From assembly GCA_020137815.1 (NCBI GenBank), contig CM035351.1, forward strand, positions 4,092,001-4,156,000: a DNA stretch of 64,000 nucleotides, in the 5' to 3' direction. The notes beneath the pieces were generated by a model. That model did no database searches and was not told where the DNA came from. It was given only the letters and a program-made list of their open reading frames with translations. Both the position numbers and the translations under genes were made by a program. Positions 54,241 to 64,000 of the stretch are shown piece by piece. Source of the stretch: Hormiphora californensis (taxonomy: Eukaryota > Animalia > Ctenophora). Each line of letters starts with the position of its first letter. Position 1 is the first letter of the stretch.

Positions 54241-57200
54241 CAGGGTGTGAACTGCATGTCGTGTTTGCTAGTCGCGAGCGCGCTTGCGAGACAAGCAAAC
54301 ACGTCAAGGTTCATTAACAAGCATGCTGCTCAGTCATTTTAGATTTAATACACAATGTAAGGATACCATGTAATAGGTGAGACTCTTGCCGTCACCCTCG
54401 TTCAAGTCCCGTGAAAAACGGAGCAGTACACGCAAACTGATGCCCATTTTCCTCGCGTGACCCCGATTCAGCAGTTTGAGACACCAACTCTTTAGGGGGC
54501 CATATCTCAGGAACCAGACAAGATAGGAAAAATCGCCGTCTAACGAGGCGTACAGTTTTTAATCTAGTTTACCACTGTACCGGCCGTTTCACTCTCCGAC
54601 CTAAAACAAAAATCGCAACCCCACAAAACTTCAAAATAATGAAATTCGCATCTCGCATGTCGTGTTGCATGTCGTGTCATGTTGTTGACGCGCTCGCGTT
54701 CAACTCTCACACAGCAGCTGCAGAACATGGCGGGAAACATCGAGGAGTAGAGAGAGGGTCGGTGCCGAATCAAATATTTCTTGATCTTGATCTACTCCAT
54801 CTCTCAGCTATCCTACCCCTCATCAACTCGATCTCTCAGCTACCCTACCCCTCATCTACTCCATCTTTCAGCTACCCTACCCCTCATCTACTCCATCTTT
54901 CAGCTACCCTACCCCTTATCTAGTCCATCTCTCAGCTACCCTACTCCTCATCTACTCCATCTCTCAGCTTCCCTATTAGGGAAGCATAGAGATGGAAACG
55001 ATTAGGGGTAGGGAATCCCTATCCATAATCGTTTCCATCTCTATGCTTCCCTAGCCCTCATCAACTCCATCTTTCAGCTACCCTACCCCTAATCTAGTCC
55101 ATCTCTCCGCTACCCTACTCCTCATCTACTCCATCTCTCAGCTACCCTACCTCCCATTTACTCCATCTCTCAGCTTCCCTACCTCCCATTTACTCCATAT
55201 CTCAGCTTCCCTACCTGCCATTTACTCCATCTCTCAGATACCCTACCTCCCATTTACTCCATCTCTCAGATACCCTACCTCCCATTTACTCCATCTCTCA
55301 GCTTACCTACCTCCCATTCACTCCATCTCTCAGCTTCCCTACCTCCCATTCACTCCATCTCTCAGCTTCCCTACCTCCCATTTACTCCATCTCTCAGCTA
55401 CCCTACCTCCCATTCACTCCATCTCTCAGCTACCCTACCTCCCATTAACCATTTACTCCATCTCTCAGCTTCCCTACCTCCCATTTACTCCATCCCTCAG
55501 CTTCCCTACCTCCCATTTACTCCATCCTTGCCTCCCATTTACTCCATCTCTCAGCTACCCTACCTCCCATTCACTCCATCTCTCAACTACCCTACCTCCC
55601 ATTTACTCCATCTCTCAGCTACCCTACCTCCCATTTACTCCATCCTTGCCTCCCATTTACTCCATCTCTCAGCTACCCTACCTCCCATTCACTCCATCTC
55701 TCAACTACCCTACCTCCCATTTACTCCATCTCTCAGCTACCCTACCTCCCATTTACTCCATTTCTCAGCTTCCCTACCTCTCATTTACTCCATCTCTCAG
55801 CTACCCTACCTCCTATTTACTCCATCTCTCAGCTTCCCTACCTCCCATTTACTCCATCTCTCAGCTACCCTACCACCCATTTACTCCATCTCTCAGCTTT
55901 CCTACCTCCCATTTACTTCATCTCTCAGCTTCCCTACCTCCCATTTACTCCATCTCTCAGGGGTAGGAATGTTAGGATAAATGAGAGATGGAGTAAATGG
56001 GAGGTAGGGAAGCTGAGAGATGGAGTAGATGGGAGGTAGGGAAGCTGAAGGATGGAGTAGATGGGAGATAGGGAAGCTGAGAGATGGAGTAAATGGGAGG
56101 TAGGGAAGCTGAGAGATGGAGTAAATGGGAGGTAGGGAAGGTAAGAGATGGAGTAAATGGGAGGTAGGGAAGCTGAGAGATGGAGTAAATGGGAGGTAGG
56201 GAAGGTAAGCGATGGAGTAAATGGGAGGTAGGGAAGCTGAGAGATGGAGTAAATGGGAGGTAGGGAAGCTGAGAGATGAAGTAAATGGGAGGTAGGGTAG
56301 CTGAGAGATGGAGTAAATGGGAGGTGGGGAAGCTGAGAGATGGAGTAAATGGGAGGTAGGGTAGTTGAGAGATGGAGTGAATGGGAGGTAGGGTAGCTGA
56401 GAGATGGAGTAAATGGGAGGCAAGGATGGAGTAAATGGGAGGTAGGGAAGCTGAGAGATGGAGTAAATGGGAGGTAGGGAAGCTGAGAGATGGAGTAAAT
56501 GGGAGGTAGGGTAGCTGAGAGATGGAGTGAATGGGAGGTAGGGTAGCTGAGAGATGGAGTAAATGGGAGGTAGGGAAGCTGAGAGATGGAGTAAATGGGA
56601 GGTAGGGTAGTTGAGAGATGGAGTGAATGGGAGGTAGGGTAGCTGAGAGATGGAGTAAATGGGAGGCAAGGATGGAGTAAATGGGAGGTAGGGAAGCTGA
56701 GGGATGGAGTAAATGGGAGGTAGGGAAGCTGAGAGATGGAGTAAATGGGAGGTAGGGTAGCTGAGAGATGGAGTGAATGGGAGGTAGGGTAGCTGAGAGA
56801 TGGAGTAAATGGGAGGTAGGGAAGCTGAGAGATGGAGTAAATGGGAGGTAGGTAAGCTGAGAGATGGAGTAAATGGGAGGTAGGGTATCTGAGAGATGGA
56901 GTAAATGGCAGGTAGGGAAGCTGAGATATGGAGTAAATGGGAGGTAGGTAAGCTGAGAGATGGAGTAAATGGGAGGTAGGGAAGCTGAGAGATGGAGTAG
57001 ATGAGGAGTAGGGTAGCTGAGAGATGGACTAGATAAGGGGTAGGGTAGCTGAAAGATAGAGTAGATGAGGGGTAGGGTAGCTGAAAGATGGAGTAGATGA
57101 GGGGTAGGGTAGCTGAGAGATCGAGTTGATGAGGGGTAGGATAGCTGAGAGATGGAGTAGATCAAGATCAAGAAATATTTGATTCGGCACCGACCCTCTC

Positions 57201-57711
57201 TCTACTCCTCGATGTTTCCCGCCATGTTCTGCAGCTGCTGTGTGAGAGTTGAACGCGAGCGCGTCAACAACATGACACGACATGCAACACGACATGCGAG
57301 ATGCGAATTTCATTATTTTGAAGTTTTGTGGGGTTGCGATTTTTGTTTTAGGTCGGAGAGTGAAACGGCCGGTACAGTGGTAAACTAGATTAAAAACTGT
57401 ACGCCTCGTTAGACGGCGATTTTTCCTATCTTGTCTGGTTCCTGAGATATGGCCCCCTAAAGAGTTGGTGTCTCAAACTGCTGAATCGGTGTCACGCGAA
57501 GAAAATGGGCATCAGTTTGCGTGTACTGCTCCGTTTTTCACGGGACTTGAACGAGGGTGACGGCAAGAGTCTCACCTATTACATGGTATCCTTACATTGT
57601 GTATTAAATCTAAAATGACTGAGCAGCATGCTTGTTAATGAACCTTGACGTGTTTGCTTGTCTCGCAAGCGCGCTCGCGACTAGCAAACACGACATGCAG
57701 TTCACACCCTG
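54241..57711. mobile_element. 3.47-kb foldback-like element with 5-bp TSD and inverted satellite arms
   Basis: TSD AATAT (54236-54240, 57712-57716); termini cagggtgtgaactgcatg / catgcagttcacaccctg; about 550 bp of near-identical unique TIR followed by 32-bp repeats; about 20-bp centre at 55961-55982. Confidence 0.9.
54790..57160. repeat. 32-bp satellite in two oppositely oriented arrays
   Basis: Unit ctccatctctcagct(a/t)ccctacctcccattta in 54790-55960 and its reverse complement in 55982-57160; a 22-bp variant unit also occurs. Confidence 0.95.
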
Positions 57712-57961
57712 AATATTGTTGGGGGCTTTTCCATTGGCCATTTTCCACATCATGACGATGGTATAGCGCTCCCGGCGGCGTTGAAGGGAGAGGATGTTTA
57801 GGGTTTTCAAACGCTCCCAGTAGTTTACGTTTCCCATTCCAGTGATCCGTTTTGTGAACTTCTTTTGAATCGCTTCAACATTCTGGATATCTGAGATTTT
57901 CGGTGAGTCCCAGAGTGGGCAGCAGTATTCTAATTTGCTGCGATTAATGGTCCTTTCTAGT

Positions 57962-58168
57962 TTCTCGGAACATGCTCCTCTAACAATCTGCACGTCTTTC
58001 ACGTTTAGGTCGACCCAAACCCGGGTGTGAATGCTTACAACAGTGAAATTACATGCGATATACTACATCACGCGCATGTAATTTCACTGTTGTTAGCATT
58101 CACACCCGGGTTTGGGTCGACCTAAACGTGAAAGACGCGCAGATTGTTAGAGGAGCATGTTCCGAGAA
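57962..58168. repeat. About 207-bp palindrome (roughly 95-bp arms)
   Basis: ttctcggaacatgctcctctaacaatctg...catgcg / cgcatg...cagattgttagaggagcatgttccgagaa with a ~15-bp loop. Confidence 0.85.
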
Positions 58169-59117
58169 TGCAGCATAAGACTTTTGTAAAGGATAGTCAT
58201 TGTCCTTTTGTCTCTTGTTTTGAAGATGAAGCAATTTGACCAAGCGATGGCTGAGTTATGGCCAAAAACCGCTCGTGCACGTACGTTCATGTGCCAAAAG
58301 TGGGTGACTTTACCTGCTACCCTGACCTAGGTGACAGTGCAGCACTCTGCTGCAGCGAAGGCACAAACGCAAATATTTTTTTTGAAAAATATGACCCCGA
58401 CTCGCACGTTTTATTTCAATTTCATACGCCGCGCGCGGCGCAAAGTTTTTTATTTGAGCCGCGCGGTCAGACCGAGCCTGGGAAATAGTTTTGCGCGTGC
58501 CGAATCAGATCTGACGACAGGATGCCTTTTAATATTTATTTATGAATTGAGGGTGTGGGGACATGAATTTGTATTCGAACCCACTGGACGAAATATTGTA
58601 GGTGCCGAAAACCTAGGTTTAACAGCTGATGACGAATTGTGGACTGAGGAACATGCTTGAATTGCCACCCGACCTGTAATATCACAAGTATACCATGCAG
58701 GAGCAATGAACTTTAAACGGAGGAACCACCAGAGGCGTCTAGACGGGTGCCAAGGAAACTCACAGGTGCAGATATAAACACAGTGTGATCACACACGCAC
58801 AAACAGTTTTAAAAAGGCCCAGCTGCACCAGGTGCGCGCACTTCACAAAGTTGTGCGTCCACTACACTTTGTATTGATGTGCGGGGTCTTTTCTGCTAGT
58901 ACTTTTAGCGAACATTGCAAAGAATGTCCCATATACCAGTCTACCGGGGGAAGGCTCGTCGAGCGCCGTTAGCGAGGGGAAGCACAAACCGAACACACAC
59001 ACACTCTCTCTTTCTCTCTCTCTCTTTTTCTCCCTTGGTGGTGGTGGTGTACAGGAAGTTACGTGGCACAAACTAAACAGACGCGGTGAAAAACAAAGTG
59101 TTTGCCTTGAGGAGCAG

Positions 59118-59179
<62 letters not shown>

Positions 59180-59260
59180 CTTACTTTTGATACTTTTGAT
59201 GTGTAGCTATAAATCAGAGGGCCATCCTTCCAAGGACCGCCACATTTATCGTTCCGGATC

Positions 59261-59415
<155 letters not shown>

Positions 59416-60159
59416 GAGATTGGAGTTACGATAGGCCATTATCCCCATTACCGGCATTTGGGTTATTTTGGCCTTTGATATCACGAGATGAAATGAGGCC
59501 CAGGTATTTCTAAAGTGGCGGTACCTATTGATAACGTTCAGAGAGTCTAATTGGACAGTAAGAGTGAATTAGGAAACAGGGCCATAAACGTGATGTTGGG
59601 AGTTTCTAGCGGGTAATGGGTGGTATTGGGGGGTGTTTATTTCGATATGAAACTGATAGTGACTGGGGGTACATCCAGTGTTTCAATATGGTATTATGTG
59701 ATACTGTGAGGGGTAGTGGGGTTTGCGAGGGAGGTGTGGGGGACAATTAAAAATCCGGTGTTTTACATTCAATCTACATGTCTGCTACACACGTATGGTA
59801 AAGAAAACACAAAAGTCTCAGATGGGTATAAAAATTCAGTCTACCAAGTACAACACTATAAACTCTTTGTACACTGGAGTAAAGGAGAGAGAAAAAAAGA
59901 GAGCACACCCATTGGGAGTTTGTGTGTGAGTGATGGAAGAGAAATATATATCAAAGAAGGGGAGAATCACATACTGCCCATATAGTTCACATTTGGGCAG
60001 CGTTATACTGCCCAGGTAGAACTATTTGGGCAGCGTGTGTAGGTGTTCATGGTGTCCTGTACACATGCCTGGAAACTGGGAGGGAAGTATGCCCGCACCA
60101 GCACACCCTCCCAGTGTGGAGAAACTTCCAGACACTTAAATATTACACTGAATCCTCTA

Positions 60160-60292
60160 GTTACCATGGTAACCATGGTGTGTAACTAGTTACCATAGTA
60201 ACCATAGTGTGTGTAACTAGTTACCATGGTAACCATAGGTGTAACTAGTTACCATGGTAACCATAGTGTGTGTAACTAGTTACCAGGGTAAC
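60160..60292. repeat. Tandem array of five GTTACCATGGTAAC-type palindromes (RFX X-box-like)
   Basis: Copies start at 60160, 60189, 60220, 60248 and 60279; three are perfect palindromes. Confidence 0.8.
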
Positions 60293-62173
60293 CACTTTTC
60301 AACAACAGGGCCAAAGGGCCAAGGCCAGTAATAACCCGTGGAACCCCCCGGGTGAGGAAGGCCGGGGCCAGGACCCCTCTAGAGGGGGTGGAGAGTGCCC
60401 TAAGACAAGGTGGTGGCAATCCCCAACTACATGGGACCGAGTAGGGGGTACACGCACCAAGGGGCACAATCCACCCGATCTGGGGGCCCTGGACCCCGGG
60501 GCCAACCCACCCACATGCAAACCATCATCTCCCCCTTCTTTCCATCAAACTCACAACAACACAACTCCAGGGTGTGCGATATATATTATATATATATATT
60601 CATATTGAGGTATAATATCCATATGTATATATTATTTATATATATATATATTATATCGGCATGATAAAAATAAAACCTATCACAATTCGAGTTCTTTATT
60701 ATTAAAAATAGATTCTAAAATTCTGTAAAACCCAGTATATCATCATCACAACAAAACGTTAGGCCAGATCGGTGGTCGGGTGGTGAGCGTCGTGTCTGGG
60801 AAGTGTGATCAGTGTGTGATAGATCAGTGTGGTGTGATGGAGAGGAATATATGGTTCATATATCACGTGACTATGACGTCATGAGCCTAACCATCACACT
60901 AAACACACCTCACACAACTATTATACCACTCCCAAACATAACGCTCATGTCTCGAAGAGGTAAATAGATAGAGACGGAAGGATGGGGCTGGATGTAACAG
61001 AGAGAGGGGAGAGAAAGAGTGAGAAACTCTCCCTCTCCCAACTCTCATTGCCCCAACACCCTCAACATCTCACACCTAGATACATGTATAATCTCTTCTA
61101 AAACTTGTTTCTCAACACACACACCGAGATCTTCTTCTTCTTCTCTAGTGTTTCTCTCATATCATTAAACGCATTTAAAGTTTTGTAAGTTCCAACAAAA
61201 GCAATCATATATATACATCATTTGCTAGGCACACCACTGTGAGGAGGAGGGATTGTGTGGGAAATGTATCGTGAAAACAAACAGCAGCTGCTAGGATATA
61301 ATGGGAGGGTGAGTGTTCTCTCAGTATCACACAATATCACACCATGATAGATCGTATATATCCTACCATTTTCACGTTTTCTGGGTGTTCCATAATGTGG
61401 AGAAGGAACACTCGGAAAACAGGTGAAAAAAGGCAGGAAGTGGAGATTGGGAATAAGGGTGAAATTACCGATGAATAAAACACACGAGATAGACACAAAA
61501 AACAACGAAGCGGAGGGGGAGTTGGAGATCTTTAGGAGTTCAGATCCCTTCCACTCGGATTACTGTGGAGACACAAGCTCAAAAGGGAGACCTCCCGCAA
61601 ATCTCACAACACCACCCGCAACTACTGCTTCTAATCAAATCAGAGAGATATGTATATGGGGTAACTGCTAGTGGGTAAGGGACGGGTGTCGTCAGTTCCC
61701 TCCCCTTACCGCACTGTCTCTACCCCAAACCCTCCCACCCGCACAGTGATGTCAAGTGTGTTGGGGTAGGGGATATATTGGTTAGTTGTATCCTGTTTTC
61801 TAGCCCGTATATAATAAAACATTTGGTTGTGCATATATAACACTCGGTTTCCCTTCCTAGCAGCGCATATATATCGAACATGTGAGTGTAATAGTGAACC
61901 ATCAATAACCCACGTGTGTGTCACACACACTAAGGAGGGATGAGGGGAGAGAGGTAACTGTTCATGTGGGCCACACCCCCACCCCACGTGTGAATAACAT
62001 TGTAATCCGGGGCAATGGATCGATATACACACGGGAGGAGGGAGCGGGCCGGGCGCTAGTCGATCATCATGAAAAACAACAACTGAACAGACGAGCTCTG
62101 AAACACCCCACTCTATCTATCTCTCTCTCTCTCTCTTTCTCATTTGTGTATTAATCTCGCACAACAACTCTCA

Positions 62174-63755
62174 TCAAACCAAGTTATATTCTTTAAGGTT
62201 AAGCTGTAAAATAGTGTCCTTTACAGCCGCGAAGACGAACCGAATATTCTCGGTATCCGTTGCCTGCGTGTAATGGGAGTATATGGTCTTGGCATCTCCT
62301 TGTTCAGGCTGGGGATTCAGGGACAGATACATCCGGAGGATGAACTCTTTCGCTTGTTCTGCGTTACCCTTTTCACCTGAAATATTTGTTGTGTGTTAGG
62401 GTGAGTTAATATATTTCGGGGACGCTCTAGGAGGGCCGGGTGTGTTCGGACTTCATACATAGCAGCTGCCTGTGGTTATACACACAACTTAGCAGCTCTC
62501 CCATTCCGTTCATACATTAGCCCAATGCCCACTTATTCTACCTCTATCTCTCTCGTTCTCTAGCTCTCGTTCTACATTTTTCTTTCTCTCTTTCTACATT
62601 TTTCTTTCTCTCGTTCTACCTCTCTCTCTCTCGTTCTACCTCTATCTCTACCTCTCTCTTTCTCTCGTTGCTACAGAGGATCCCACTTTACCAACTCGTT
62701 TCTCTCTTACCAAGATCTAGTTTTTTACCATCAATGGCCATTCCAGTACAACTATTTCGTATCACTTATCCCTCTATCACACTACTTATCTCTATCTACC
62801 TCCCCCACGCACTAGATCTCTCTTCTCCATCTCTCCCTCTCTCTCCTTCTTATCCGTCCACCTCTAAAATGGCTAAAGACAGTAAATGAGCGATATATAG
62901 CACGTGAACTAGTGAAAAGAGAATGGTTGAGGGTTTAGTTAAAAATATAATAAAAGAAAAGCATATGATGGTGAAAGTAGTAGAGAGCTAGAGTCAGTAG
63001 TACTAGATGGCCAGACATATTGTCAAGATAAAAGCTGTATTATATCACTGCGCTGGTAAGCACAAATACAAAGCAAATGGATAAGTTTTGGCATACCTTC
63101 AAATTGTGCGAAATAGTCTTTTATGTGAGACCTTTGAATTTTCTCATCTAGCAAATCCTTTTTATTAAGAAACAATATAACTGAAGATTGCTGAAACCAA
63201 GGGTAGGTAATAATCGTTCGAAATAGAGCTTGAGATTCCTGCATCCGGTTCTGAAAAAGGAATAGGAAAATCAGAAAATGATTGAGAGTGGTAAACCGCA
63301 AAGCAATAAAAAGTGACTTTTTAGATCCTTCGAAGCCCCCGCTGGCATTAAACTCTGTCTTGTTACCTCTTTTGTCGACTCGAAAAGGTACTGATCGTAC
63401 TCGGATAACGCCGCAAGGAACATAATTGATGTCACGTTCTCAAAACAGTGAATCCATTTCCGACGTTCTGATCGCTGCCCTCCCACATCCACCATCCTGA
63501 AGTGAGGTAATTATTTAGACTATCTATAACGTATGGTGTACGACACCACAATTGGGCAGTGAGTCACTGTCCTTACTGTCCTTACTTTATCACACAAAAT
63601 ATGGGTGATATATCTTTTGCACTAACCTAAATATAACCCTGTCCATATCAAATGGATATTCTGAAATTCCTGTTGTAGGTACCCGCACCCGCAAAACATC
63701 TTGCTCTGTTGGGATATAATCGGGCAATGCCAGTCGATCGATATCGTTCAGGTAA
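62174..63755 (-). CDS. GNAQ: G protein alpha subunit, Gq class (3' exons; 5' part beyond the window)
   Basis: [18 protein letters not shown]; [26 protein letters not shown]; LFLNKKDLL; C-terminus [11 protein letters not shown]. Exons 63627-63755, 63367-63496, 63097-63250, 62174-62376. Confidence 0.95.
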
Positions 63756-63774
63756 CTGGGGGAGTTAGAAATTA

Positions 63775-63849
<75 letters not shown>

Positions 63850-64000
63850 GGTCATAGAATCATTGACAACAAAAACACATGTCGTGATTGTTTTTGTTAA
63901 CACTCGACAGGTGGAATTACGTGTCTGTTTCTCTCTCTTTCCCTCTCTCACTGTCTCTATATATCTTCATTCCCTCTCGTTTATTCTTTCTTCCTCTCTT

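Larger units (their letters stand above)
53794..57950 (-). mobile_element. 5'-truncated LINE (CR1/L2-group ORF2 C-terminus), interrupted by a foldback element
   Basis: RSKLEYCCPLW..E.IQ..FTKRI.GM....YWERLK.L...SLQRRRERY; continues GIRFYNH..NSFSNRATRLW..LP..FK..L..W after removing the insert; (GAA)n tail at about 53794-53812. Confidence 0.85.
53453..58345. mobile_element. MITE (related to 3432-3803) split by the LINE and foldback insertions
   Basis: Left half gcagtaaagtcacc..tttttggccataactcagccat (53453-53725) pairs in inverted orientation with atggctgagttatggccaaaaa..ggtgactttac (58245-58345). Confidence 0.55.

Noticed and set aside
54790-57160. CRISPR-like regular 32-bp repeats
   Set aside because: Units are contiguous with no unique spacers, no cas genes are present, and the context is eukaryotic.
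55528-57171. Long repetitive ORFs (up to 399 aa, PPIYSISQLPYLPFTPSL..)
   Set aside because: They are translations of the stop-poor 32-bp satellite, open in several frames and mirrored on both arms.
58590-58670. CTGATGA with a nearby GAAA suggesting a hammerhead ribozyme
   Set aside because: I could not form the three required stems in the right order.

Overview
Eukaryotic, intron-rich genomic DNA with many (AG)n microsatellites and MITEs. It is most likely from a ctenophore (Pleurobrachia-like); this is inferred from gene and repeat style and one recognisable short repeat. Seven host genes lie head-to-tail on the minus strand: G-alpha-q (3' part), MED19, COX19, FAD synthase, RAD9, nibrin/NBS1 and a 29-kb myosin V. 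Four further genes are nested in introns. A class A GPCR and a YPPP-repeat membrane protein sit in one 8.5-kb myosin intron. A Shaker-like Kv channel and a class C GPCR sit in two RAD9 introns. Many non-autonomous, strongly palindromic DNA elements have readable TSDs (TA, TAA/ATT, TTAA, 5, 8 and 9 bp). The most notable observations are: (1) a TA-TSD element in the GPCR coding sequence that could be spliced out in frame like an intron; (2) an intron read-through ORF that would give a tail-anchored myosin V isoform; (3) a 3.5-kb foldback element with inverted 32-bp satellite arms; (4) arrays of RFX X-box-like palindromes; (5) an operon-like run of short genes. Exon coordinates were read by eye and several single-base indels probably reflect assembly error.
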